Below, in pieces: positions 1 to 10,008 of a DNA stretch of 64,000 nt. The DNA is from a virus (Duplodnaviria; Caudoviricetes), in the IMG/VR virus record IMGVR_UViG_3300035520_000529, positions 32,001-96,000 of that record, one strand, 5' to 3'. The notes below the pieces were generated by a model. It was not told the DNA's origin, did not search any database, and saw only the letters and a program-made list of their open reading frames with translations. How positions within the stretch are numbered: the first letter of the stretch is position 1; the number at the start of each line of letters is the position of its first letter. The position numbers were made by a program, and so were the translations under genes.

Positions 1-2
1 CG

Positions 3-698
3 ATTCAACTCGATGATTTAAAGAGAATGTTAGGAATTTCTCATAGTAAACAGTCTGAATATCGTTATTTTCGTAGAGATGTACTTGAAGTATGCAAGAC
101 TGCATTAGCTGAAAAGACCGATATAACGTTTACGTTTGAACCTATGCGAGTTAATAGAAAGGTACAAGCTTTAAAGTTTACTATTGAGAAGAACAAAGAT
201 TTTAAAGACAATTTAAGGCTAAAAGAGTTTATAAACCCTAAAGACTTAGAGGACATTATGGACGAACCATATCAGCCAATTCCTATTCCAGAACCACAAC
301 CTACAGAGAATGAGGTTAACGCTCATAGGGTAGCTAAATCTATTTGTGATGAGAGTCCGCTAGAGACGTTGTACTTGAGTTGCAATAAGGAGTATACTTT
401 AGAGCAACTTTTTGCCCTTTCTGACTACGTTAGAAGTTCGGGTGTGCCTTTAAACGTTAGCGTTGAAAACTACATATACTCAATATATCGCAAGATAAAG
501 ATTGAGGGGAATAAAGTTAACAGTTTGTATAAGTACACTTTTACCATTATTGAGAGCCAAATGAAAGAGTATATTTTTGGTAAGCCTAGCACTTCCGAAC
601 CCCCTAAGCCATCTAACCCTCCTCAAAAGAGAAAAGAAACCTCTTATGACATTGAAGAGTTTAAACGATTAGTAGAAGTTCGTGCAGTAGATGAATAA
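3..698 (+). CDS. Plasmid replication initiator, Rep_3/RepB family (C-terminal part; 5'-truncated by window edge)
   Basis: Frame is open from base 3 (IQLDDLKRMLGIS...). 'YRYFRRDVLEVCKTALAEKTDITFTFEPMRVNRKVQALKFTI' matches the second winged-helix of Rep_3 initiators. Confidence 0.75.
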   Translation: MQLDDLKRMLGISHSKQSEYRYFRRDVLEVCKTALAEKTDITFTFEPMRVNRKVQALKFTIEKNKDFKDNLRLKEFINPKDLEDIMDEPYQPIPIPEPQPTENEVNAHRVAKSICDESPLETLYLSCNKEYTLEQLFALSDYVRSSGVPLNVSVENYIYSIYRKIKIEGNKVNSLYKYTFTIIESQMKEYIFGKPSTSEPPKPSNPPQKRKETSYDIEEFKRLVEVRAVDE

Positions 699-726
699 AT
701 GTTAAGTGTAGAATAATTATGTGTTA

Positions 727-757
727 AAAGCCATCCATTGCTGTGGGTGGCTTTCCA
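727..757 (+). terminator. Putative intrinsic terminator after rep
   Basis: Hairpin aaagccatcca...tgggtggcttt just downstream of the rep stop codon. Confidence 0.5.
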
Positions 758-834
758 CGTGGCATAATTGGAAACCAACTGGGAAATATTCAACATAGTA
801 AATTTTTTAAATTAAAATATTTTATAAAAAAGTA

Positions 835-863
835 TTGACAATTATTATAGTTTATGATATAAT
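835..863 (+). promoter_or_regulatory. Sigma-A-type promoter
   Basis: TTGACA (835-840), 17-nt spacer, TG-extended TATAAT (858-863). Confidence 0.8.
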
Positions 864-902
864 TATAACATCAACTAAGAAAGAAGTGAAGTGCTTTGAA
901 TC

Positions 903-1091
903 ATGGATATTAAGGGAAATAAAAGAGCAATTTGGCTAGAACGTTATTCTTATGCGGTTGAGCGTATGACTCAAAACGCAGAAATAACAAATCAGTTAGC
1001 AGATTGTATTACTGAAAATTTTGAATCAGCTGAAGATTTTGATTTAGCTTTTCAAAAGTTTCAGCAAGAAATATATAAAAAGTATAGATAG
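903..1091 (+). CDS. Hypothetical protein
   Basis: 62-aa ORF directly downstream of the promoter. Confidence 0.6.
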   Translation: MDIKGNKRAIWLERYSYAVERMTQNAEITNQLADCITENFESAEDFDLAFQKFQQEIYKKYR

Positions 1092-1108
1092 ATAAAGAAA
1101 GGAATAAT

Positions 1109-1417
1109 ATGTGCAACAAAACTAAGCAAGTGTTAACAGTTCAACTATTATTAGTTACAGATGTTCAAGATTTTATAGAATTATCTGCTAGTCTATGTGG
1201 CAAGGCTAGGCTAATTCAAGGAGAAACTAACGTTTCAATTAACAGCCGTTTAGGGGTTATGAGTTTGGCTTATTCCAAAGAGCCCTTTAACATCGTATTT
1301 ACAGAATGCAGTGACAACGAAATTGACAGATTTAAACGCTTTGAATATAAAGAACCTCTCGATAAGTTTTCGGAAGATTCTAATAATATTGATGTTATTT
1401 TTAAATTGGAGGGTTAA
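1109..1417 (+). CDS. HPr-like (PTS phosphocarrier fold) protein
   Basis: SD AAAGGA. 'SINSRLGVMSL' resembles the HPr Ser46 motif (NAKSILGVMSL). No His15 equivalent. Confidence 0.55.
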   Translation: MCNKTKQVLTVQLLLVTDVQDFIELSASLCGKARLIQGETNVSINSRLGVMSLAYSKEPFNIVFTECSDNEIDRFKRFEYKEPLDKFSEDSNNIDVIFKLEG

Positions 1418-1421
1418 AAAA

Positions 1422-1907
1422 ATGAAAGAACAAGTACATCATCCTATGCACTATCAACATGGTAACTATGAATGCATTGAGGTATTAAGAGACGTATTAT
1501 CAGATTTAAATGGTATTGAAGCTTTTTGTATCGGAAATGCTTTTAAGTATCTTTGGAGGTTCAAAGATAAGAATGGCGTCGAAGATTTAGAAAAGTGTAA
1601 ATGGTATATAGAGTACCTCATAGGCAACGTATACGTAGGCTTTGAAGACGATGACGAAGAAGAGAACAAAAAGAGTTTTAATAGTGATGAAATTCCATTC
1701 GCTACTAACATCAAAGAATGTGATAAAGCACTTGAGGACATTTCTAAGCTATCTGAAGAAGATGCTGTTGCTCTCACTTTTTTAAATAGATTGTATCAAT
1801 CGTTTATAAAGACTAATGATGTTACATATTTAGCACAACTCAGTGAGGGATTATTACATTCAAAACCCATAGTTTCACAGTACTTTTACAAGTACTATTT
1901 CAACTAA
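1422..1907 (+). CDS. DUF3310-family phage protein
   Basis: SD GGAGG before ATG 1422. 'VHHPMHY...ECIE...FCIGNAFKYLWR...KNGVEDLEKCKWY' is the DUF3310 signature. Confidence 0.8.
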   Translation: MKEQVHHPMHYQHGNYECIEVLRDVLSDLNGIEAFCIGNAFKYLWRFKDKNGVEDLEKCKWYIEYLIGNVYVGFEDDDEEENKKSFNSDEIPFATNIKECDKALEDISKLSEEDAVALTFLNRLYQSFIKTNDVTYLAQLSEGLLHSKPIVSQYFYKYYFN

Positions 1908-1929
1908 TATTAACAGAAAAATCTAATTC

Positions 1930-1956
1930 AACTTGTACCCAACTTGGGTACAAGTT
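1930..1956. promoter_or_regulatory. Palindromic site copy 1 (candidate parS)
   Basis: Perfect 13-1-13 palindrome AACTTGTACCCAA-C-TTGGGTACAAGTT, intergenic. Confidence 0.6.
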
Positions 1957-2288
1957 AGAACCAGCATATAAAAATGCAATTAATATTTTTTTGTTAGACT
2001 CATATGGTAAAGCTTGATTTGGTTAGTAAAGAATCACATGAGACAATCTTATAAACAATACTCCGCAAGTTTTAAGATGAGTCTGTTCTCTATAGTGTTG
2101 AACCTTTACAAACCTTTCATAATAGATTTGAAAGAAGTGATTACTTTGAATGTTCTCACATTTCCAATGGTATATTTATTAGTAGTGGATTTTCACAAAG
2201 TTAATAAGGAACGCCATATAAAAATTAGTCATCCGCCGTAGCTTTTATTAACTCAGTAAGAAACTTTTTGGAAAGGATTGATTAATTT

Positions 2289-4359
2289 TTGAGTAAAGTT
2301 ATAGTAATTAAAAAAGACGGCACACAAGAATCGTTCAAGCCCGATAAGATTAGGTTAGCCGTCAAAAAGGCTAGTGATAGGGTGGTTTCAGACATTCCAG
2401 ATTGTAAGATAGAGTTTGTAATAGATTACGTTCTAAAGCATAATGACCCTAACACCAACACCTTAGAAGTTAATGAGATACACAATTTAGTAGAAAAAGC
2501 ACTCAGTGTAGTGGATGAGACTGTTGCAAATAGTTATAAAGAGTATCGCAATTACAAAAGAGATTTTGTTTCCATGATGGATGAAGTGTACAACGAATCC
2601 GAAAAGATACGTTATCTAGGGGATAGAGATAATGCTAATACTGATGCTACCATGGTTAGTACTCAAAGGAGTCTAATATATCAAAAGCTAAATAAAGAAC
2701 TCTATAAAAAGTTTTTTCTCAATAATGCTGAAAGACAAGCTATTAACGATGGTTACATATATATCCACGATATGGGAGCAAGGTTGGACTGCATTAACTG
2801 TTCACTATTCGATGTTGCCAACGTTTTAGATGGTGGTTTTGAAATGGGTAACCTATGGTATAATGAACCTAAATCTCTAGACGTAGCATTTGACGTTATT
2901 AGTGATGTTATCATCAATAGTGCAAGTTGTCAGTATGGGGGTATCACCATATGTGAAGTGGACAAACTTCTAAATAAGTATGCAGAGATGTCTTATACTA
3001 GGTACTATGATGAGTGTATAAACATTTTAAAACATGGTAATGATATTGAGTTATCTAAAGAGCAAACAGCCTATGCTAATGACTATGCTACTAAAAAAGT
3101 CTACCGAGATTTTGAACAAGGTTTTCAATCATGGGAAATGAGGTTTAATTCAGTAGGCTCTAGCCGTGGAGATTACCCCTTTATCGCCATAACAATTGGA
3201 CTAGGAACTAGTAAGTTTGAAAAGATGGCTACCGAAGTAGCATTAAAGACTAGAATGAATGGTCAAGGAGAGGACACAAAGAAAAAGATAGTATTATTTC
3301 CTAAAATATCTTTTCTTTATGATGAGGAACTTCATGGAGAGAATAAGACTAATGAAGACCTATTTAAGATAGCAATAGAATGCTCATGTAAATCAATGTA
3401 TCCCGACTATATTTCCCTTACTGGTGAGGGATATATACCATCAATATATAAGAAGTATAAAGTACCAATTAGTTTGATGGGCTGTAGAGCCAGTCTATCA
3501 CCATGGTATATAAATGGTGGTTTTACTCCTAACGATGCTGATGATAAACCAGTATACGTTGGTAGGTTTAACTGTGGTGCAATATCATTAAATTTACCTA
3601 TGATATTAGCTAAAGCACGTGAAGAAAATAAACATTTTTACGATGTTTTAGACTATTATTTAGAGATGATTAGGAGTCTTCATAAAAGGACTAAGAATTA
3701 TCTAGGAAATAAGAAAGCTTCCACAAATCCATTAGGGTTCTGTCAAGGAGGTTTCTTAGGGGGAACTCTCAATCCCGATGATAAGATTGCCCCACTACTT
3801 GAACCTATGACTTATAGTTTTGGAATCACTGCTTTGAATGAATTGAATCGATTATACAATGGTGAATCAATCTATGAAGATGGTGAGTTCCCATTGCAAG
3901 TTATGGAGTACATCAACAAAAAAGTTGAGGAATATAAAGAACAAGACCATATGTTATATGCAATATATGGTAGTCCAGCAGAAAGTTTGGCTAGTTTACA
4001 AGTTAAGCAGTTTCGCAAGAAGTATGGAATTATAGAAAATGTATCTGATAGAGAGTATGTTAGTAATAGTTTTCATTGTCACGTAACTGAGAATATTACA
4101 CCTATTGAAAAGCAAGATTCCGAATCAAGGTTTTGGAACTTATTTAATGGTGGCAAGATTCAGTATTGCAAATACCCAATTCAATACAACACAAACGGCG
4201 TAGCTACGTTGGTTAGAAGAGCAATGAAACTCGGCTTTTATGAGGGTGTCAACTTAGCATTGTCTTATTGTGATGATTGTGGTTATGAACAACTCCACAT
4301 GGATGTATGTCCGAAATGCGGTAGTGATAAGATAACAAAGATTGACAGAATGAATGGAT
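2289..4359 (+). CDS. nrdD: Anaerobic ribonucleoside-triphosphate reductase, exon 1 (spliced product ~717 aa with 5492-5574)
   Basis: N-terminal ATP-cone, YIHD...NC, MGCR, CDDCG/CPKCG Zn site. Ends at RMNG-T, just inside the glycyl-radical motif. Confidence 0.93.
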
Positions 4360-5491
4360 TAGAGCCTAGATAGTCCATGTAAAACCACCTAAATTGCGGG
4401 GAAGTCCCCAAAACCTTAGTTCGCAACAACGTAACTGGAAACGGTAAGCGTGACTGCGGTATGAGTTCAAAACTTTAGAAACCATAAAAAGTAACTAAGT
4501 CAGGGATTACCGAGTGTGCAAGTCACTCCCACGCAACGAAGCTCCTAAACCACAAGGCATGGAGAACGCTCAACGACTATAATGGTGGGATATCAAAACG
4601 CAATTTAGAAAACTCATATAAAGGAGATGTTTTTTATGAATTGCAAGAGGTCACCAAAAATTACAAAAGACCAAGAAGAACGTGTTTTAAGATTACTTGA
4701 ATCCAACAATATGAAATGTACAGACATTGCAGAATTAGTAGGAGTAACCACCAATCAAGTTTATGAGGTTAAAAAGAGATATTCTCTTTCCAATAAAATC
4801 AATAAAACTTTTAAATTTTCAGCCTTACAAGAGCAAATTTTAATATCTGGTAAACTAGGAGATGGAAACTATAAAAGTAATGGTAAGATTGGATGTTATT
4901 ACAGAGAAAGTCATGCCGAGCCTGAATTAGATTATTTAAAATGGAAAGCAGACATTTTAAAAGAATTTTTAACTCCAAAAGGTATTATAAAGGTTAAAAA
5001 CTTTAAACATGATGGCTCTTATAATGTAAATCAAACTTACTATTTCATGACTAGAACTTCTTCCAGTTTTAATAGATTTAGAGACATGAGCATTGAAGAA
5101 TGTATAGAAAGTTTAAATCAATATGGTTTAGTACTACTGCTTTTGGATGATGGATGGACAAATTTTCATAATAACAAAAATGGTTATTCATTGGGTTTAA
5201 ACATTGCTGGTGGAACTTTAACCAATTCACAATTAAACCTACTGTGTGAAAAGTTCAAGCAATACGGAATTGAAAAAGTTAATATTGTTGGAAATATTAG
5301 GTGTAATTTATCAATATCAAGTAAATATACTGAAAAAATCTTAAATATGATTTTAGAAATTATGCCTATTGAAACGGATATTATACAAAAGAAGTTTAAG
5401 TACATGGTATAATGTAGTTTTTAAATTTGTGTTTTGATATCATTGTATAGTCTACTCCCTAAAAAATACTACGAAAGTAGGGGTATTAAGG
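4360..5491 (+). ncRNA. Group I intron in nrdD
   Basis: P1 TGGAT|...GTCCA with U.G wobble. Core elements AATTGCGGGGAA, CTCAACGACTA and TATAGTCT. Terminal G at 5491. Splicing restores RMNG-Y-LGY. Confidence 0.92.
4627..5412 (+). CDS. Intron-encoded LAGLIDADG homing endonuclease with N-terminal HTH
   Basis: Motifs ILISGKLGDG and LVLLLLDDG. Flanked by inverted gatatcaaaac.../...gttttgatatc (P8 stem). Confidence 0.88.
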   Translation: MFFMNCKRSPKITKDQEERVLRLLESNNMKCTDIAELVGVTTNQVYEVKKRYSLSNKINKTFKFSALQEQILISGKLGDGNYKSNGKIGCYYRESHAEPELDYLKWKADILKEFLTPKGIIKVKNFKHDGSYNVNQTYYFMTRTSSSFNRFRDMSIEECIESLNQYGLVLLLLDDGWTNFHNNKNGYSLGLNIAGGTLTNSQLNLLCEKFKQYGIEKVNIVGNIRCNLSISSKYTEKILNMILEIMPIETDIIQKKFKYMV

Positions 5492-5574
5492 ATTTAGGAT
5501 ACACACAAATTAATGGTAAGTCACGCTTTAACGATGGTAAAACTATTGAAATTAAAGAGCGAGTAAGTATGTAG
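5492..5574 (+). CDS. nrdD: nrdD exon 2
   Basis: Encodes (Y)LGYTQINGKSRFNDGKTIEIKERVSM*, the typical NrdD C-terminus. Confidence 0.9.
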
Positions 5575-5663
5575 GTTAATGAAAATTGTGTAAGGATAGT
5601 CTGTGAGTAATTGTCCTTACACAACAATAAATAAAATCATTATATATGTAAAGAGGTGTTTTT

Positions 5664-6248
5664 TTGGAAGATAGAGGGTTAAAAGTTCATGATGTTTTCG
5701 TAACTATGGGTGCTAGTAACCATGCTCAAAATATTCGTGAGATTAATGACTATTATGCTACCCATCCAACAGCAGTGGAAAAGCTTTTACAGAGGGAATC
5801 ATTTTCACACAAAATATTAGAACCATGTTGTGGTGGAGGTCACATATCGAAAGTGTTATTAGAACATGGTTATGATGTGGTATCCACAGATTTGATAGAT
5901 AGAGGTTTTGGTGTAGGTGGTATAGATTTTTTACAACATACCACAGTAGATTGTGACATAGTAACTAATCCACCTTACAAGATTGGTTTAGAAATAGTAC
6001 AACACGCATTAGAAATAGTTACACCTAATCATAAAGTAGCCATGTTATTAAAGATTCAGTTTTTAGAAAGCAAAAGCAGAAGAAAGTTTTTTGATATTTA
6101 TCCGCCAAAGTATGTTTACGTCTTTAGTGAAAGAACAAATTGTGCAAAGAATGGTGAATTTGAAAAATCTCCATCAAGTGCAATATGTTATGCGTGGTAC
6201 ATATGGGTTAAAGGTGAGCGTTCAGAACCTATTATTAGGTGGTTATAA
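5664..6248 (+). CDS. Phage amino-DNA (N6A/N4C) methyltransferase
   Basis: DYYAT, ILEPCCGGG (SAM-binding) and IVTNPPY catalytic motif. Confidence 0.8.
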   Translation: MEDRGLKVHDVFVTMGASNHAQNIREINDYYATHPTAVEKLLQRESFSHKILEPCCGGGHISKVLLEHGYDVVSTDLIDRGFGVGGIDFLQHTTVDCDIVTNPPYKIGLEIVQHALEIVTPNHKVAMLLKIQFLESKSRRKFFDIYPPKYVYVFSERTNCAKNGEFEKSPSSAICYAWYIWVKGERSEPIIRWL

Positions 6249-6265
6249 AGAAAGGAAATGGTTTT

Positions 6266-6448
6266 ATGAATAATTGGAAAAGGTATAGTAAAAAGCAAAC
6301 GTCTAGTGGTTTTGCGGAAAGTTTGAACTCTATAAAGTGGAGCAATCCATTTTTGTCAATATCAGAAGAAGAAGTTTCTCAAAACGTAAAAGAAGCCACT
6401 GAAAACATAAGAGCAAAATATTACACTTGTTACAAAAATAAGAGATAG
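6266..6448 (+). CDS. Hypothetical protein
   Basis: SD AAAGGA upstream of ATG (MNNWKRY...). Fills the gap in the operon. Confidence 0.5.
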   Translation: MNNWKRYSKKQTSSGFAESLNSIKWSNPFLSISEEEVSQNVKEATENIRAKYYTCYKNKR

Positions 6449-6471
6449 TGTTAGGATACAGTAAACTATCG

Positions 6472-6500
6472 TAACTTGTACCCAAGTTGGGTACAGGTTA
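6472..6500. promoter_or_regulatory. Palindromic site copy 2 (candidate parS)
   Basis: TAACTTGTACCCAA-G-TTGGGTACAGGTTA, intergenic. Confidence 0.6.
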
Positions 6501-6524
6501 AATATTAGAAAGTGAGAAAAAATT

Positions 6525-7040
6525 ATGAAAATTTTAGGAAATGAGTTATACTTTTCAAAAGTTAAACCTAAAGCAATTATTCCAAACAAAACGGATGAGA
6601 ACGCAGGGTATGATATTTATGCGTGTTTTGATGAAGAGTACTTAGAAATCAAGCCACACACTACAGAATTAATTCCTAGTGGCATAGCTAGTGCTTTTAG
6701 CGATGATTATTATATTCAAATTCAAGAGAGAGGTTCTACTGGAGCGTTAGGAATTAAGTATTCCGCAGGAGTAATAGATTCCTCATATCGTGGAGAGTGG
6801 TTTATTGCAATTACGAATACAAATAGCAAGAGCGTAATTATTACAAGTTTAGACAAGTTTGAAGTTGCGGAAAGGTTTCCAAACTTAGATGATTTTATAT
6901 TATATCCTAAAAATAAGGCAATTGCACAAGCAATAGTACATAGAGTTCCAAAGATGGATGTTAAAGAAATATCATATGAAGAACTAAGAGAGTTTAAGTC
7001 TATTCGTGGTGATGGAAAACTAGGCTCAAGCGGAAAGTAG
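6525..7040 (+). CDS. dut: Trimeric dUTPase
   Basis: AGYD, ERGS, GVIDSSYRGE, IAQ and RGDGKLGSSG motifs. Confidence 0.92.
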   Translation: MKILGNELYFSKVKPKAIIPNKTDENAGYDIYACFDEEYLEIKPHTTELIPSGIASAFSDDYYIQIQERGSTGALGIKYSAGVIDSSYRGEWFIAITNTNSKSVIITSLDKFEVAERFPNLDDFILYPKNKAIAQAIVHRVPKMDVKEISYEELREFKSIRGDGKLGSSGK

Positions 7041-7110
7041 ATATGATATTATATAAAATAAACTTATGTAAGTGTTTTAAAATCAAAGATAAAAAGAAAG
7101 GAAAATAATC

Positions 7111-7989
7111 ATGGCATTAGTAGAATACACAGCAAGTGGAAAAATAGACAAGGTAGCAAAGGCAATTGAGCGTATAAAAAATTTTGAGCCTATGGCAAAT
7201 GGGTTTGATGATAAACCTTATTACGTATGTTATAGTGGCGGTAAGGATAGCGACTGTATTAGGCTACTATGTGACTTAGCAAAAGTCCCATACGAATTAG
7301 TGTGCAATTGGACTGGTATAGATGCTCCAGAAACTTGGGAGTATATTCATACAATACCAAACTTAAGAATTGAAATGCCTAAAACGTCCATGTTTGAGTT
7401 GATAGTCAAGAAAGGTATGCCACCTACTAGGCTAATTAGGTACTGCTGTGCAGAACTTAAAGAACATGGCGGGGGGGGGCGTTTTTGTATGACTGGCGTA
7501 AGATGGGCAGAGTCAGTGAGACGTTCTAAGAACAGAGGTATGTTAGAAAGCATTGAGAAAAAACTTTCGGATAGAATTATCTTAAATAATGACAACACAC
7601 ACGATAGAAAAGTAATGGATGTATGTATGTCTCAACATAAACGTGTGTTAAATCCTATTATAGACTGGACTGATGAAGACGTTTGGGAATTTTTGCATTC
7701 GCAAGGTTGTGAGGGAAATCCATTATACAAGCGTGGCTTTAAACGTATTGGCTGTATTGGATGTCCACAACAGTATTATAAAGAACGTGAACGTGTGTTT
7801 GAGATGTATCCCAAGTATAAGAAGATGTATCTAAAGGCATTTGAGAAGATGTTAGAAGAACGTAAACGCATAGGTAAACCTTGTACATGGCAATCTGCTG
7901 AAGAGGTTTTTGACTGGTGGATGTATAGCGATGTTCGTAAACGTGCTAAGAAAAGAGAAGAGATGAAAAAACTTAAAAACAATGAGTAA
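7111..7989 (+). CDS. Phosphoadenosine phosphosulfate reductase family protein
   Basis: YSGGKDS PP-loop, RYCC..LK, GVRWAES..R, NPIIDW, RIGCIGCP. Confidence 0.88.
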   Translation: MALVEYTASGKIDKVAKAIERIKNFEPMANGFDDKPYYVCYSGGKDSDCIRLLCDLAKVPYELVCNWTGIDAPETWEYIHTIPNLRIEMPKTSMFELIVKKGMPPTRLIRYCCAELKEHGGGGRFCMTGVRWAESVRRSKNRGMLESIEKKLSDRIILNNDNTHDRKVMDVCMSQHKRVLNPIIDWTDEDVWEFLHSQGCEGNPLYKRGFKRIGCIGCPQQYYKERERVFEMYPKYKKMYLKAFEKMLEERKRIGKPCTWQSAEEVFDWWMYSDVRKRAKKREEMKKLKNNE

Positions 7990-8006
7990 GGTAGTTTAAC
8001 AATGAT

Positions 8007-8043
8007 TGCCCCACCTCTAATAAGGGTGTAGGTGGGGCAGTTT
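8007..8043 (+). terminator. Putative terminator hairpin
   Basis: tgccccacct...aggtggggca followed by gttt. Confidence 0.5.
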
Positions 8044-8073
8044 ATAACACGATAAAAAAAGGAGTGTTAACTT

Positions 8074-8262
8074 ATGAGTTTTGCTTGTATTAATGGCGGA
8101 GAGTGTAGTGGCTGTATGAAGTGCAGAGAGAGTAAAAATCATCTATTTTGTGATTGGTGTGGCAAAGAAATTTTTCACGATGAACGTTATTATGATATGG
8201 GTGACGAAACTGTTTGTGAAGATTGTATTGATGATTGTTGCAAAATTTATTATGGAGATTAA
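8074..8262 (+). CDS. Small Cys-rich (Zn-finger-like) protein
   Basis: SD AAGGAG and several CxxC motifs. Confidence 0.7.
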   Translation: MSFACINGGECSGCMKCRESKNHLFCDWCGKEIFHDERYYDMGDETVCEDCIDDCCKIYYGD

Positions 8263-8285
8263 AGTGTTTTGGAGGATAAATTATT

Positions 8286-8630
8286 ATGTATGAAGATAAT
8301 TGGAACGAAATTCATAATATGGTTTTAGGAAAATTTTACTACCTTAAGGATAAATTGCTTATCACTAAAAAGGAGCACTTACAAAAATTAGTGCATGATG
8401 ACATCATTAAAGAGATAGTTGCCAATCTTAACGCAGGATTTAAAAACTATTCTCAAAAAGAAATTATGGAAGCGTTAGAGGGGCTAAAACATAGAATTTG
8501 GAATATTTTGAGCAATATTAAAAATTGCACTCAATTTGTAGAAGTTGAAGCGTTGATGATAGTCAATGAATGGTATTTACTTTTACAATATCAAAATTAT
8601 AGTATAATTTCAATAGATGAAGATGAGTAA
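8286..8630 (+). CDS. Hypothetical protein
   Basis: SD GGAGG, 114-aa ORF in operon. Confidence 0.65.
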   Translation: MYEDNWNEIHNMVLGKFYYLKDKLLITKKEHLQKLVHDDIIKEIVANLNAGFKNYSQKEIMEALEGLKHRIWNILSNIKNCTQFVEVEALMIVNEWYLLLQYQNYSIISIDEDE

Positions 8631-8632
8631 CG

Positions 8633-8896
8633 ATGGAGAAAATAATTATGAATAAGAGAATTACTAAAAGACATCAAAGCAAAGAGCAAGATTTCAAGTT
8701 AAATAGTAAAAATCACAAGTCAATTGCAGATACATTAAGGAATCCACATAATTGTAAGTATTGTGCTCACTGTAGTAATAAATTTCCTACATTTTGTATA
8801 TTGTATTGTTGTCCTTGTTGTGAAATTTCTAATTGTCAATCGTATTATTCTAACATAAAATATTTTAAATTATATGAATCTTTTTTTAAGAATTAA
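8633..8896 (+). CDS. Cys-rich hypothetical protein
   Basis: 87-aa ORF with CKYCAHC motif, in operon. Confidence 0.5.
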   Translation: MEKIIMNKRITKRHQSKEQDFKLNSKNHKSIADTLRNPHNCKYCAHCSNKFPTFCILYCCPCCEISNCQSYYSNIKYFKLYESFFKN

Positions 8897-8959
8897 AAAA
8901 GATTATTTTAAGTCAATCGTGTGACTATAAAAACTAATTTGAAAGGAAGTGTTCTAGAA

Positions 8960-10008
8960 ATGTTATTAGTAAATGAATTGTTTAGTGGTATAGGGAGTCA
9001 AAGACAAGCGTTGCAAAGGTTAGGAGTGCCTCATAGAATAGTAGGTATCAGTGAGATAGATAAGTACGCTATTCAGTCATACAATGCAATATTTGGTGAA
9101 ACTCGCAACTATGGGGATATTATGCAGATTGAAAAACTAGACTATGCTGACCTTTGGACGTACTCATTCCCGTGTACGGATATTTCAGTAGCAGGTAGAC
9201 AAGAGGGGATAATTAAAGGAGTAACACGTTCAGGATTGTTGTATGAAGTTCAAAGACTGCTAGAAAAGTCTAAAGAGTGCAATGAATTACCAAAGTATTT
9301 GTTATTAGAGAACGTCAAAAATTTAGTAGGTAAGAAGTTTAAACCTCAGTTTGATGCGTGGTTAGAATATCTAGATGCACTAGGCTACAATACATATTGG
9401 CAAGTGTTAAATGCTAAAGATTATGGAGTTCCACAGAATAGAGAGAGAGAGTATTCGCAGTAAGTATTCGAAAGGATATTGATACTAAGCAATTCACATT
9501 TTTGGAATATACTACATTTAATCCACCAGGTTTGCAATTATTACGATGTTTAGAACTTAATGTTGATGAGAAGTTCTATCTAAGTGAGAAAGTAGCTAGT
9601 AGGTTTAATCAAACCGATGCAACACTAACTAAGAATATCATAGGCACTGTAGTAAAGACTGATGATGGAAAAGAACGCATTGGACAAAGAGCGTTAGTAT
9701 ACAATCCCAGCGGAATAATTGGTACACTGACGGCTACTGATTATAAAGAACCTAAGAAAATTATTGAATTTTTACCACATGGTGGTTATAGACTTAGAAA
9801 ACTTACACCACTAGAATGTTGGAGATTAATGGGTCAATACGATGAGGACTTTTACAAGGCTAAAAATAGCGGTATTAGTGATAGTCAACTATACAAACAA
9901 GCAGGTAATTCCATAGTGGTCAATGTATTAGAATCCATCTTTACTGAATTAATTTTCGCTCAAGAGATAGAATTATCAGAAATCATATTCAGAAAGGAAG
10001 TTGTTTAA
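8960..10008 (+). pseudogene. C5-cytosine DNA methyltransferase, frameshifted at (AG)6 tract 9440-9451 (possibly phase-variable)
   Basis: FSGIG, SFPC, ENV and PQNRER lie in ORF 8921-9463; RKLTPLEC and YKQAGNSI lie in ORF 9502-10008. Removing one AG gives PQNRERVFAVSIRKD and a continuous 348-aa protein. Confidence 0.85.

Noticed and set aside
1990-2241. ORF 2014-2241 or a structured leader upstream of nrdD (agactcat...atgagtct)
   Set aside because: No SD or recognisable protein, and the pairing is too short to support a riboswitch call.
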